A stretch of DNA of 64,000 nucleotides from Yuukianura sp. NJ FZ-2021 (lineage: Eukaryota). The first letter of the stretch is position 1. Every line of letters starts with the position of its first letter. Below the pieces are notes generated by a model. That model saw nothing but the letters and a program-made list of their open reading frames with translations. It did no database searches and was not told where the DNA came from. The stretch is taken from assembly GCA_046563655.1 (NCBI GenBank), contig CM102283.1:682001-746000 (forward strand). Reading direction: 5' to 3'. Both the position numbers and the translations under genes were made by a program. Below, in pieces: positions 1 through 13,655 of the stretch.

Positions 1-67
1 TCTTATGTGGGTCCTGTCTAAACACTCTGAAAAGTTTGACTAACTTAGATTTTTTGTCTGTTTTGAG

Positions 68-775
68 ATGCCGCCGCCGAATCAACGTCCAGCGCCTGAT
101 CAGCCGTTTCCATTGCCAACAGATCGTGTCACGTCTTCAATTCCAAAGGCAGGAACTGATGAGCGGTGGGTGTATCCCTCACCACAGGTACAGCGTAGTG
201 TATAATTTGTCGAACAGCCATCTAAATTTTACACGATCTATTAAGAAAATCTACTTCTACACAGATGTTCTGGAACGCAATGCTGCGTAAAGGATGGAAA
301 TGGAAAGAAGATGATTTGAATCCAAAGGATATGAATGCCATCATCTCAATTCATAATGCCAATAATGAGGAGGCCTGGAAGGAAGTTCTCAAATGGGAAG
401 CCCTTCATGCCAGGGACTGCTTAGCGCCTAAACTCAAAAGTTTCTCTGGTCGTGCTCAAGATTTTTCTCCTCGGGCCAGATTCCGAGGCTGGTAAGTTTC
501 GTAGTGACGTTCAAATCCAAATTCAAACCCATTGCTTTACTCAAGTTGTTGATTTGTTAAGGTTGGGGTACGAGATGCCTTTCGATCGTCATGATTGGGT
601 TGTTGATCGTTGTGGAAAAGAAGTTCGTTACATTATTGACTACTACGATGGCGGACCAGTGGATGCTGACACAATGCAGTTTGCTCTCCTCGACGTACGT
701 CCAGCCATGGATTCAGTCGAGAATATTTGGGATCGGATGAAAGTCGCTTACATGCGATGGCGTTTCGCAGACTAA
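68..775 (+). CDS. HCCS: Holocytochrome c-type synthase (cytochrome c heme lyase), last three exons; 5' end probably outside the window
   Basis: Exons ~68-187 ([40 protein letters not shown]), 265-491 ([11 protein letters not shown]...[17 protein letters not shown]...FSPRARFR) and ~562-775 ([28 protein letters not shown]...LDVRPA), with GT-AG introns. These are the canonical heme-lyase motifs. Confidence 0.95.
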
Positions 776-2308
776 CCTCCACCAGCACCACCTCAATTCA
801 AAAGTCAAGTAGGAGTTAGCCAAATTCTAAAGCAGTTTTATAATGGTTAGTGCACCGTATTGTTCAACATGAAATCTCCCGTTGAGTTACCCAAAAACCA
901 ATGAGCCAAGGAAGCATAACATTAAAACCAAAACACGATCAAAGTCAACATAGGGCACGTGTCATTGCGTAAGTATTTTTTTAGTCGTGTCCATTTATGG
1001 CCAGCAACAAAAAGTTTGGTACGAAAGTGAAAGTGAAGTCAAAACGCCCTCGCTCTTTTTAATTGACATTGAAACGAATCAATTCTGTCAAAGATTAGAG
1101 AGCCTGGAGCGATGATTTTGGAATTTTCAGTTTTCCAAAATTTTAAAATTTACTCTTGGGTTGGGAGTATTTTTTTTTTTTATAAAAAACAATTCTACCT
1201 TTTTAACATCGGAATTGCCCTAGCTGATCTCATCGCGATACTCCTAAAATTCATGTTTTGTAGAAACATAGGCCGTCTCACTTGACGAATTTGGATTTTG
1301 AAATGAATAATGGACTCGCCACGCCCAGTCACTGTTGATTGGGAAAATGAAATCAACGGATGAACAACCAGCACCCCACCCTCCAGCTTCATCCTCAAAG
1401 CAATCTACTTTGGATTTAAAAAAGTATGTTACATTTTCGAAAACATTATTTTCATGTTTCATAAAAATTACAATATAAAAATTAACACTTCCGCTTTATA
1501 ACTTTTCAGGCACGTGGGATTACTCCAACACGGTAGCATTGAATGCTTACTTCAACAATGGAATACCTGCTGCAACAATGTGTCTCACCTGTCGGCCTTT
1601 ACATCTCTCCTCAAATGCTAATGAATGAAGAGGAACCTACCTAACAATGTAAAGTTTGGACACAAAAGGATGTGCGAGAAGAGAGATGAAATTGTTGAGC
1701 TAATCCACCTTAGCATCCAACCAATCCCTCCAACATCACAATCAAATACGACGGTAACCCCCAAAACACAATTTTTACAACGGAATTCATGAACCCCCAA
1801 CTTGAACACTGGGAGAACCAACCCCTTCGTCTTCTCGCCACTTTGCAAGTGGAAAGTCACAAAACACCATTCCTCTTCAGTTGGAATCCACCGACGACAT
1901 TTCTCACCTCACTTCAATCTTCAGGTGACTCAATTAATCAACGACAGGGTTTTAGGCTTAAGAGAAATAGAGGTCATCTTGTTTATACTGTACAAGTGGA
2001 GCAGATTTACAACTCGATTGCAACTAAAAGTCAACTTACCAAAGTCAATTTGACATGGTCGAGGAGCAAGGTTGCAGAGAAAGTTAACATTAGTTCAAAT
2101 TCTAAGTTTGGTATGGTCTCAACCTGTGTCGGTGTAAGTTATGTGTATCTTTGGTCCGGGATTGTCATCCACAAACACTATCATCATCCAGTTCCGGTCC
2201 AAATTGAGAAACTGGGTCATTTGAGACTATTGTTTGACCAATTCTAGTTTTGGCAAATGGATCCTGAGTGAAACGGAAACGATAACTTTTTGAATAGTTG
2301 TTTTCGAA

Positions 2309-5300
2309 ATGTTTCGTGGTGGTGAGAGTACATGTTTGCGATGTGCTGATACGGTGTATCCAGTGGACAGGTAATTTTAACCTTGTTTTAAATACGCGCT
2401 GGCGGCGCGGATTTTAGTACTGCTTTTTAGAAATTTTTGAACCGACCAAATCACGATCAGTTTTTGGGGAAAATGAGAAAATAACTTTCGGTTGCGGTTT
2501 CGCTGCGATGTGTTTTGCTTGGGACTAATCGCGACGAAACGAATTTGCAACGTAAAAAGTATTGAATTCGGAATTACCAATTTCACATTGACAATTTGGT
2601 GAGGTTTGATTGAAGTGAAAGACGGAAGTTATAAATTGTGTGGTTAGAGTGGGGACCTCGTGCCTTGAATAACTTAAGGAACGACGATTTGAAATGTTGC
2701 ATAATTACGCAATAGCTGCGCAGAATATGAGCAAAAGTCAATTTTGTTGTAATTTGCATTAGTTTAAAAGTATAATGTGACTTAATTGTTGTTTTTTGTT
2801 TATGACAGAGTTGGTCCTCTCAAAGACTTTTCCTTCTTCCATTCCGGCTGTTTCAAGTGTGTTGTTTGCGGAAGTCGCCTGAGCCTGCGCACTTACTACC
2901 ACTCACAACAGGACCAAGATGACAAGGAAGTCTACTGTATCAGTCACGTGCCCAAAACAGGGCCAGGGCATCTGGACGGCTCAGCAGTCGGCATACGATC
3001 CGCTCTTAACGTTCCACGGAGTTCATCTTATGTGAACGACCAGGTAACCTTGATTTTCAAAAATTTGAAATCTTGTTTGATATTTTTTAACACTTTTGAA
3101 AAATTTGATTCAGATTCGTGGTAACTCCAAGGGGACGTTTGATGCAGACGCTCTCAATATCAAATCTGTAAGGAGAGAAAATGGATCGTCGCCAATGTTT
3201 GACCGCAGCAGTTCTCCCAGTGTCCAGCACCAATTTCAAAATTCCCACCAATTTCAACAGCATTCTCATCCACAACAGAGTCAAGCACAAGGACGTCCTG
3301 GACGACCGCGTTTTGACGCATCGGCACTCCACATTGCGCATGCGCTGCGGGCCACAGAAATCCAGAAAGCGTACAAGAAGGAGAAACCCATGCATTACTA
3401 CTTGGTAAAAAGCAGTTTAAAAAACAACAACATTCCATTTTTGTGTGGGAATTTGTGTGGTTTCAGGTAGCTGTAACTGGTTTTCTTTACATAAAAAAAG
3501 TGAAACGGGATTGATGGGTTGTCATTGTCGATGTGACAGTTGAATGAATGCATTTTGCGGTTGTTGCTAAACTTTTTGCAACAATTAACAAAGAACCACC
3601 ACATTCCTTTTGTTGTTCAGTTATTAATAATTCATGAACAGGCCAAAAATAACGGTAAAATGCATTTTGTGGAAGAATTTGTCTAAGGTGTGAAAAATAT
3701 GCAAAGAGGAAAAACTTGTTTATTAATTTACGATTGTTGTCGATTTATTACCTGTTTGTGCTTAATCGCTGTATTTTTCTTCTTAGGCAAAGGAAGAACA
3801 AACTGAATTGGAGATGCGGCATCGCGTTGAAGAAGATGCTTTGTATAATCGCTTTGCACAAGCCAGAGCGGAAGAAGAAGCCAAAATTACTGCAGAAATT
3901 CGCGAAGAGTGGGAGCGGGAATTGGAAAAATTGGCGTCAAAATTTGAATCTCTCCGAGTCAAAGAGGATCCATTTATGGTACAAAAGCTGAAAGCGAAAG
4001 AACGCGAGGATTTGGAGAGGCACATGACACTGAGGAGAGACAAAAGGAAGGAACTTACAACCCGAAAATTATTGGAACATGAACGGTAAAACTCAAAAAA
4101 AAAATGCAATAATTTTTTATTTTCATGAACGAATTCTGGAATTTATTTTCATTTTTGAATTTTTAGCGCCGCCACGGCCGCTCTGGTTGAAAAGCAGAGC
4201 AAGGAAATGTTGAATTTGATTAACGAACGGAAACGGGAGTTCATTCAGCGCGTTGGCGTAAGCAGCGAAGAGTTGCCGACTCACGAAACAGAACTTTTCC
4301 CGTACCCACCACAAGCTCCACCCCCTGCTCCGTCCAGCATTGAGAAAGTGGATATTTATGGAGACCCGGTGGAATTTTCTGAGGTGGATGAAATTGCCAT
4401 TTCAGTGGCACAAGAAGATCAAAAGACTTTTACAGATTTGGTTCGTAAGTTGCTGAGTCGCTGTGGAACGGATGTCGAAAAAGCTCGGGTAATTTTTCGG
4501 TGGATTACGGTAAAGAACTTGAATGCAATGGATTTTAGTGAAGACGTCAGAACAGACACACCCATGGGGCTGCTTCGAGGCATCAAACAAGTGAGGAACT
4601 TTTTCAAAAAAAGAAAAAATCAGTTTTTCAAAAATGTTTTGTTTTGTAGGGAACAGAAAGCTACCATGTTCTGTTTAAGCGTCTCTGCTCCTACGCCGGC
4701 CTCCATTGTGTTGTCATCAAAGGTCTCTCGAAGTCCGCCGGGTATCAACCCGGACTTCGGTTTTCCGATAACAGATTTCGAAATTCGTGGAACGCCGTGT
4801 TCGTTGCAGGAGCCTGGAGGTAAGCCTACTCTGGTAATAGTAAAATTAAAAAGAAATTTGACCTTTGACCACGATTTTTGTGCAGATTTGTTCAGTGTAA
4901 TTGGGGAGCCCGGCACTTGGTCAATGCCAAAGAACGAGCTTCAAAGTCCGACTCCCTTCGTTACGAATACGACGACCACTACTTTCTCACTGATCCCAAA
5001 GAATTCATCTTTGAATTCTTCCCACAACAAGCCGATTGGCAATTACTCAAAAGACCAATCACAATTCGCGAATTTGAAGAACTACCGTTTGTACGCAGCC
5101 TCTTCTTTCGCTACGGTCTGTACTTTCCATCAGGCCAAAGCAGTGACGGAGTCTACAACAGCCTTGGAGAAATAATTTCTCACTGCAAAGCAGTTATGTC
5201 CACGGACTCTTCAGGTTTTGATTTTTTTTTTCAAATTTTCAAAATTTCTACATTTCGAAATTGTTTTCTTTAAAATTTTTGTGAAATAATATAGGTGCTG

Positions 5301-6288
5301 CGACGGTGCGGATTGGAATGCCTTCCCAGATGGAATCTTGCCTAATTTTTCATTACAATTTGAAACTGTACGATACGGAGGCAGACGTTTTCGATGGTGT
5401 GAGTCTGAAGCGATTTGTGATGCAAAGCGTTGCTCCGCCCCTCGTCTCGTTCCGTGTCCACGCTCCAAGCTCTGGAGCATTCCTGCTTGATATTTTTGCA
5501 AATGCAGTCACTCCAAGGGAGTACTTGACCGGAGAACCAATGAAATTCAAATCTGTTTGCAAGGTAGGAAAGAATTTTTTAAAAACAAATTGAGAAATTT
5601 TTGAAACTATTGAAGTGCAGTTAAAAATGAAATGCAGTTAATGCAGATAAAAAAAATTCTTCATTTTAATTTGCAGGTTAAAATTGAATGTGGAAATCTT
5701 TCCACCGTGATGGTGCCTCTGCCAGACTGTGCCTCTGGAGAATGTGAGGCAAACCTCACTGATCAAATGTTCTTCTTTTTTTCAAAATTTTAATTTTCAA
5801 CAAAATTTTTGAAATTTTGAACTTAGGGGGCCCTGCTAAGGCTACTCGACTATTTGGCCTAATTCCAATTTCGCATCCCGATCCACTTGTCTTTGCTGGT
5901 AGAGAGTTGACCCTGGCTTTCAGAATGTCACGACCTTTGACCGATTTCATGGCCACGCTGCACAAAAATGGAACGGACGGAAAGAAATTAACAAAGTAAG
6001 TTCAATTTAAAACTCTATTTTTCCATACTAGTTTTAATTGCACTTTTATATAAAAAAAAATATTTGCTCTACAGATTTACAAGTCAAGTTGTAAGAAACG
6101 ACGAAGTAATTTTTACAATAAATTTTCCGGAAGAAGGGCAATATGGCCTGGACATTTACACGCGAGAGATCGACGGTCATGAGGACCAATCGGAGAAACA
6201 TTTCTACACTCCTCCGTCCAGTGGCAAGCAACTTCTAACGCACTGCTGCAAGTATCTCATTAACTCATCCAAAAAGAACGTACTCTGA
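2309..6288 (+). CDS. Hil: Hillarin-like protein (N-terminal LIM domain, coiled coil, transglutaminase-like/KY domain), multi-exon
   Basis: First exon MFRGGESTCLRCADTVYPVD (2309-2370) splices to RVGPLKDFSFFHSGCFKCVVCG (LIM). Later exons give coiled coil (EIREEWERELEKL), KARVIFRWITVKNLN, FRNSWNAV, CNWGARHLV, YEYDDHYFLTDP, FPEEGQYGLDIYTRE and LTHCCKYLINS*. Confidence 0.9.
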
Positions 6289-6520
6289 CTCACAACGTAA
6301 CAACGGCTTAAGTTTAGGAAACATTTTTAGTAAAATTGTACAACCTCCAACATTTTTTAATCCTCAGGTCACGTACTTAGGAAGGGAACATTGTACACAA
6401 TTCTTGATACTTTCTAATAACTTACGGTGATTATAGAAAATACTTTAACCTCATAAAACTCTGGTCACGGCTTTAAGTTTTGAAAAAGAAAATTCAAAAA
6501 AATCGTCTAAGAAATCAAAG

Positions 6521-9500
6521 TTACCGCTGTTTCGTTTTCTTCCAGCCTTTTCCAAATTTCTTCCCTTTGTCTTGGTCAGTTTTGGTCTTTTTTGACCCCT
6601 GACCTTCAGCACTATCCTCTTTCGTCGTCAACCTCTTTTCGCCTACTTTGATACTAATTGACTTGGATTCTGTTGAAGTCTGAAGAGCTTGTCGCCAGCT
6701 CTCCTCGCTTCCTTTGATAACGTACTCGCTCAAATCAGCCTTGCGCAGTCGTTCCAACTCCTTGGCCTCTTTGCGACGTAATTCTTCAGCACCAGCCTCT
6801 AACTCCGCCCCTAAACTTTCCGCCAATGGCTTGAAGGCCGGAGTGACGTCCTCTGCTTTATTCAAGTTTTCTTCCAGTGTATCTTCCAGCAGTGTGTTCA
6901 AAAACTGCAGAATTTTTCGGATCGTTTTGTTGAAGAGTCCCAGTAATTGAGTTGCCGGCAGATCAAGCTCCTTCCCTAGCGTTTCCACGGTTTTCTGTTG
7001 CAGGCCCATTCCAAGCAAAACGGCCTAGAGGAAAAAAGAATTTAAATAATTTTTATACAAAATTCACTCGTTTTTAATGTCAATAAGGTTTGCATACGGA
7101 TTGAACAGCTGATAGGTGTGTATCTGCCAGTTTGCCGAGGAAGAACAATTTGGCGAGTGTTGGGAGTAGATCCATGATGAGATGATAGTCTGCCATGTTT
7201 TTCGTGTAGACATCCAGTCGCTTGAGGTCAAACGGCGTGAGGTGAACTCTCAGTTCAGGGACAGTGAGAGGCTCTGGTATGCCAATTGCTTGATTTTTAT
7301 TTTGAAGAAGACTCATGGCCAGAGCTGGTTCAAATGAACTAAACTGGAAGGAGAGGAGGGAGATAAAGCGACGTCTGAAATCTGTCCAGAAGTCCTGCAG
7401 CCACGACCCGCCCCTCTGCCGAGTAGTTTCGTTCTCCAGTTTCTTGAGCATTATGCACGTATGTTCTCCGGTCAAATCATTCGTCGTTTGCCTACAGATT
7501 ATCCAATAATTACTCTTCATACCTCATGTTAGTAAGTTTTTGTTTTTTTTTTTTTTTGCAAAGTTACCAACCTGAGGTAGACTGGTGTAAACCCTGCTCT
7601 CTTCCAGAACTTGAGTAGTGGAAGTGTCACGCCATAGGAAACTCCTAAATAGTCTAACACTTCTGGAGCTCGTTCACTCAGCTTTAGCAACAGAGGTGGC
7701 AAGTTTTTCCTTGGTTCTAGAATTCAAAAATTAACATGGTTAATTACACTAATAAGTTGCCCGCGTGATCCTTAACTTACCGATTGTTTCCTGGAGGAGG
7801 CTCAGCTCCTCGCTTTCTACTACTTCTGCGCTCTCCTTCCCAATTTGAGCGTCCCCGCCTCCAATGTCTATCTTTTCTTCGTAATAATCTTGTAAGAGAC
7901 GAAGGGCTCGTGACCCATACCCCATTGATTGGTAGTCTGAATGAGTAGCAATTCGAACAATTCTAGCTCCAGATAGAGACGGAAAATCTTGATCTTGAAA
8001 CTGCTGTGCTACTGTCCAGGGAATGAGATCTCCAGAGGCCCTTTTCCCTCTCGACAGTGCATCCACTACACTTCGTTTAGAAATCTCACCCTCCAGAGAA
8101 ACCTAACAAACCAGGGACAATGTTAACATAAAAACTTCGTCCAGCAAAATCGGATATGTCTCAGATACTACCTGAATGAGAGCCAATACTTCCGGAAGAG
8201 CCTTTTTGTCTGGATTGACTGGACCAAGGAGACAAAAAAGATGATGCGCAGGGGCATCGCTCATCATCTGGAGGTCATTCGGGGAGTTCTGGAAGGCAAT
8301 AACAAAAATGAAATACATTTCGACTTTCGACATGAATTTTGAGAAGATACTGCCAGTACTTGTACTGAGGTGGCATTCGAATATTATAATTTGGGTCACC
8401 TTATAATGAGAAGCGACGTAGAGTGACACAATTTGCTGAAGAAATGCTTCTGAGGCTTTATGGTAGCAGAAGAGCGTATCTCTGTTGATGTAGTAAAGCT
8501 CGCAAGAAGCCGGAGACGGAAGTCCAGTCGTTAGAGCAGGAGGATTCGTGGCATCAAGGCACAAGACGCCGTTGAGCCAACTCTCCACACCATCTCCGTC
8601 TTTGTAGCGAATCGATTCCTCCAGCGTGATCTAAACAAAGACAACAACAAAAAAGACAATCAGATAAACAACTAACATAAATTAGTTTTTAAACACCCAA
8701 AGAATGTCTACTGCATAACCTCTGTGAGAGTTCGTCCGGAAATGACGGAACGGTCTTTCTGATTTCCTTGTTGAGCTCTACTACCGCTTTGTGTCCGCAG
8801 TTGCTGGATAAGTTTGAGCGACAAAGACCGCCCTGTTCCTTCGTAACCTTTGACAGTAGAGGCCAAGAAGATGAGGCAAGGACCAAAGAGGGACTTGACG
8901 AGAGGAAGTGGAATGGCTGCCGCTTCATCAATTACAACCAACTCAGCATGCCCAAGCTTCGCACTCTCACTGGGATGGATATACTGCAAAGTTAATAAGA
9001 ATTCCGTTTTTTTTTAAATTGCAAGACAAACCAATGCGTATATCTCATTTCATACCTCAATGCATTGTCTGTGATCCCGAAAGAAGGACACTCGCACAAC
9101 GGCCTTCACATCAGCTTCTTTCGATTCCGTAATTTCATAATCAATGTGTTCTTGGTACTCCAGTACATCAAAACCTAAGCAAATCAGAAACGTTAAAAAC
9201 ACGAAGAGTCAAAGTTTTCGTGCACAACTAAAAACACCAACCTTTTAGTATAAACTCGAATAAGGTTTTCAAGTTTTCGGGACTGGGACTCGTAACGTAG
9301 ATGTTGGAGTAGCCGAATGCTATGGCTCCCGCTATTGCAAGTCCTAATGCTGCTGATTTTCCTCTACCACGTCCAGCCGTCAAAGACACAGTCCCAGTCA
9401 GACTCTTCTCCGACAAAACGTCAATAAATTTTAAAACTGCTTTGGCTTGATCCAGAGTTTGACAGCAGTTAAGGAGGACCCCAACTGGCTGCGTGTCCTT

Positions 9501-10602
9501 TAGACTGTTTTTAAGCTCAGCAAGCTCCAGGTCGTGAGCACTCTGTCGAGAAAGACTGGGATCCACGGGTTGAATACTCGCCATGGACGATGAAATTGGA
9601 AGGACGTTGAGACTGTCGTCGATGACGAGGCAACTGCGACATGAAGCAAGAGAGAGCAGGAATCTAGACGAAGTCGAATGAATTCTGTGGTTAAATACAA
9701 AGTACACAGCTCATTCGTTGATAGACAAAGTAAGGGTAAAAATGTCAGAACGGAGTATCGTCAATAAAATCGGATATATGCTTGTCTATTGTAGTTCATC
9801 ATGGTTTACTTACGCAATAACAAAACAGAAAACAAAAAGCATGATGAATTCGTACCTTTCATTAAATCTGCCAACGACATCTTGATGAGCTTCTGTTCGG
9901 AACCTGGCATGAACATCCATACTCATTGTATACAGCTGCTTGAGTGAGTCCATTGTTCTGAGAAGGACAATGACGAGTCCGCCGCCTTCAACAGTCTCCA
10001 CTGTCCTTGCCAAAAGATTGGGTGTCATGGCTTCAAAGTCTTGAAGTACACACATGCCAAAGGTATTTCCAAGGATTTTGTGTGTCTCCGAGTAGTAGCA
10101 GTACCGAATGTTTGTAGAAGCAATGAACAGCTCAAACGGATCGTCCTCGTTTACATCCACCTTTCCGCTCTGGATCTTCCGTTGCAGTTCTCGCATTCTT
10201 TTCTTCCGGTGACTTAAATTTGAAGATGGAGAATTACATTTATTAGTCAACAAAGTCTAAAATGTTACACTTTTGGAATTATGTTGGGACATCACCTGCT
10301 AAACCCTAGTTCCTTTTTGTAGCACCAAAGGACGTTCGGACGAGCTTTGACTGCTGCTTTTGACAGCATATGATGAAGAATAACCACCTAATCCACATAC
10401 AAATTGACCTTTACGAATGATACATTGACCACAAATTATTGTTATTTTTGTACTTCACAAATCAAGATAAGTACTGAAATAATTTACACCTTACCTGATC
10501 TTTGCCTTTATCCCCTACCACTACAAAGAGGGAGCGATGACCTTGTAGTATCCCATTCTCGATTAGAACCCGAATACGATTGTCCACCTTTTTCCGAACC
10601 AT
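6521..10602 (-). CDS. NAT10: RNA cytidine acetyltransferase (NAT10/Kre33), about 12 exons
   Basis: Starts MVRKKVDNRIRVLIENG. Contains ILGNTFGMCVLQDFEAMTPNLLARTVETVEGGG, Walker A TAGRGRGKSAALG, DEAAAIP, GYEGTGRSL, acetyl-CoA motif RIVRIATHSDYQSMGYGSRA, a tRNA-binding region (NMADYHLIMDLLP) and a Lys-rich tail. Confidence 0.97.
9740..9808 (-). ncRNA. Intronic box C/D snoRNA, SNORD27/snR74-like, predicted guide for 18S rRNA Am27/Am28
   Basis: Minus strand reads ATGATGA (box C, 9796-9802), actacaat, AGACAAGCATAT, at, CCGA (D'), TTGACGA (C'), tactccgtt, CTGA (D, 9745-9748). The 12-nt element is complementary to conserved 18S 5' AUAUGCUUGUCU, and the D'+5 rule lands on A27 (human numbering). It lies in the longest NAT10 intron (9664-9855), ~80 nt from the acceptor. 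Confidence 0.88.
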
Positions 10603-13242
10603 TTTATTACTCAACAAAAGTTAACCAATTAATGAAGTTAAAATGAATTGTGCGCATAAAATGTGTAGCGTCACGCAGCTTTCTTTCTAGATGTAACCTT
10701 GTAAGGTACCTACCTAAGGCACTACTGCATTTACTAAGCAAGAAGTCACCACGCTTTAGTAGATCATGCCACAATCGAACATCAAAACATAAAAGATACG
10801 ACTATTCCTAAGACTTATTGAATGGGGTAGTCGAATCCTGAGATCTGCGGATTCGCTGTCTCTTTTAATGAGTGGTTTGGTTAGACAGATTCACTTTCAC
10901 GCGATTTCCCATAAGACTAGGTGCATTTCCGTTGTAATTTATTGTATAATTTCGTTGTAATTCATTCTGTAGTGAAATAAGGCCTTTTAGCCCCAAAAGA
11001 AAAAAAAAACGAAACAACACTACAAGTTTAGGTTGTCCGCTTGTTGCGGAGTCAATGAACTTTTTATTCAAAGTAAAAATGAAAATGAAAAGGCAGTTTG
11101 ACCTCGCAGAGGTCAAACCGCGAGTATTAAAAGTCAACTCTGTTCCAAGCAGAACAGAGTCACAGTGTAGAATGATGATTTGTACGAGGAGTAAAACATG
11201 AACAAATCTAACTCCAAATTAAAATATTTGTAAAGCAAAAGTCTAAATTTAAACGTAAGGTCAATGAAGTACTCTAGTTCTAAGTATTTACATGTTTGTG
11301 TGCAAACTTTTGTGAGGAAGCAAAAGTAAGGTTGGCAGTGTTGACCACTGCACCATGGTTACCTCCTAGCCCACAAGAGGCTAACAACCAGACTTTGCTT
11401 CCTCCGTGCTATTGGACAGAATATTAAGGAATCGTAATTTAATTATTCATTTCTTTGAAAGAGAAATCGCAGATTAGATGAATTCAACCGAGCTTAATGA
11501 CAGAATGAACAAGGGATCTGAATCGCTAACGTGGTTGGTTGTAAACCTTGGTGTTTAGCTGAAAGTCCAAGAATTCCGAGTCCGCCGATTAGGGAGGCCG
11601 GAGACCAGAGCGCGACAAGCAATCTAACAGTCTGGTACTTACACATCCTCTTAACGCCACCCAATCGCAACTTAAGAGCGACACTGGTCGGTAGAGGCTG
11701 CGGCCATAACTCATCATCAGGGTTACAAAAAATATCTTCTTATCAATATTTTATATGTTTTCAATATTCTGGTGTTTACATAAATATTCAATATTTATTT
11801 AAGCGTAAATATTTAGTTAAATATTCATAGGACTTGTAGAACAATACTCCCAAAAGTGCTTCAGAAAAAGAACAGCCTACTTTCGCTTGTATAACTTTGT
11901 AAGGGGTTTAAACGGCAAATAACCCCAGGGTGAAAATTTAAAGAAAGGTATTTTTTTCGACTAAATCAGGATATTATATAGACTAAATTAGGAAACTCAA
12001 AGTTTCGCCCGGGGAAATATGTTCTAAACATGCAAAAGTGCAAAGTCGCTTCCACTTGCAACATTTCCTAAACAGGTTGCGACATGGCCGTTCTCAGTAC
12101 TATGGCTGGTCGCTCCAGGGAGCATCTCCTCGATTCACGACCGGGTCGCATCAGGATGCGTAAGAGGCACAGCATTTAAGGAATCTTAGGAATAGTCGTC
12201 TATTCAACTGTTGAATTTCAATATCAACTGGCTTCATTTGGCATTGGCTTTGGATGGTCGAAGGTCGTATTCACTAGTGGAGCGGGCACATAAACCTAAC
12301 CACATGTGGAATTAAAATGGTGTAATTTAGTCCTTTGCATACTCCCACTCTCTCTCTCAGGCTGGTCCAATTCTTCAACCTCGCTGGGATGCGGGATACC
12401 GATACCACATCAACGGAAGGTTATCACTCCTTGTGCAATAGTATTGGTAAATATCAATTTATCTCTAGCAGGAGATAAATATTTCGATTACAATTGGTTT
12501 TGTTACTTTTCAGCTGATTCTGCTATTTTAAAGTGAAGGTATCGGAAGAAAAAAAAAGCGACAACTACTACGACGGAAGATTCCAGGCAGAAACTGCACG
12601 AGAACGTCGCGTAAATATGAATGACGATTCCTTTCAAATTGCAATAGAGCCTCTTTCCAAGGTTGCTATAGCAACCAATTGTAATGCTACAAGGCTACAA
12701 GGTACCTAACCTTGTAGCAATCAACAATCTGTTTGTTTACCCACCTTGCCTCTGTCAACTGTAGGTTCAAGGAATATTACTACCAGCGATCTATTATTAG
12801 TAGGACTAGGAAACGCAAAATCATTTGGAAACACACTTCGGTATCGGCCCTACTACCTGACTTTGCCATGAGTGAGATCACGCCTACTATTTAGTCCTCT
12901 CTGGAATGGAGAGAGGAGACTGTGAAAGTCTGTAAACTCGTCCTAGCTGTCCGAACCACGCCTTACGCATCACTTACGCCACTGCACACGCTGAGTTATA
13001 GTTATCATCGTGCGAAGTTCCCAGCAGAAGCTCATAATTATGTTGTCAGATTTAAAGGTAAATAAGTATTTTGCCTGTTTCCTTCTCTAGTGCCTAATTG
13101 GTCGGTCAACGACTCGGTTTTCAGAGCGTAACTTAGGTTTTACGTTTGTTAAGGTTAGGACAACCTTAACTAACTTGCGCTCTGAGAAGTATGGCGCTAA
13201 ATGAGTACTCAGCTCTAGTTTCTAATATTATAGTGCCATTTA

Positions 13243-13320
13243 AAAGCACATGATGATCAATCAGTCATTAGACAAGCATAAATCCGATTTTATTGACCAT
13301 ACTCCGTTTTTATGCCTTTA
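13243..13320 (+). ncRNA. Second SNORD27-like box C/D snoRNA copy with degenerate D box (possible pseudogene)
   Basis: ATGATGA (13250-13256)...AGACAAGCATA aat CCGA tttta TTGACCA tactccgtt TTTA. The core is nearly identical to the NAT10-intronic copy, but box D is TTTA instead of CTGA. Terminal stem aaagca/tgccttt. Confidence 0.7.
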
Positions 13321-13655
13321 AGATTAAGCTTGTATAGGTTTTGGGTTTGGCGTTATTCCAATCTGTTACATAGTTGTTATTGATTGATTATGAGGTCTGA
13401 GTTTTCTTTTGTTTCCTTCGTTTAACCTGTCGCTGCGTCTTTTTTTCTTTAAGCTCCTGATCTGCGTCAGTGATGCCGACGTACTCATCTTCGAACGCTG
13501 AACATTCTTCCAATTTTATCTTCTATGGTGCAACTCATTCAACGGACTCACCTCTCTGTCACCATACTACCGAACCGTACCGAGGTATACAATTAGTCTG
13601 CATATATGTAAGTGTTCAAACGTATTTTGATTTTATTTGCCACTGGTGGGCAACG

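Noticed and set aside
1789-2247. 152-aa ORF upstream of Hillarin
   Set aside because: No recognisable domain; it overlaps the probable promoter/5' UTR region.
11171-11250. ATGATGA box C-like motif suggesting a fourth snoRNA
   Set aside because: No proper CTGA D box at a suitable distance and no recognisable rRNA complementarity.
11558-11575. GAAAGTCC resembling RNase P/MRP conserved region I
   Set aside because: No convincing CR-V/P4 partner within the expected distance.
12290-12302. AACCTAACC as a possible telomerase RNA template for TTAGG
   Set aside because: A short motif expected by chance; no promoter or pseudoknot support is visible.
13110-13190. ~75-nt hairpin as a possible pre-miRNA
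   Set aside because: Irregular pairing with TIR-like arms (ttcagagcg/cgctctgag); more likely a MITE remnant.
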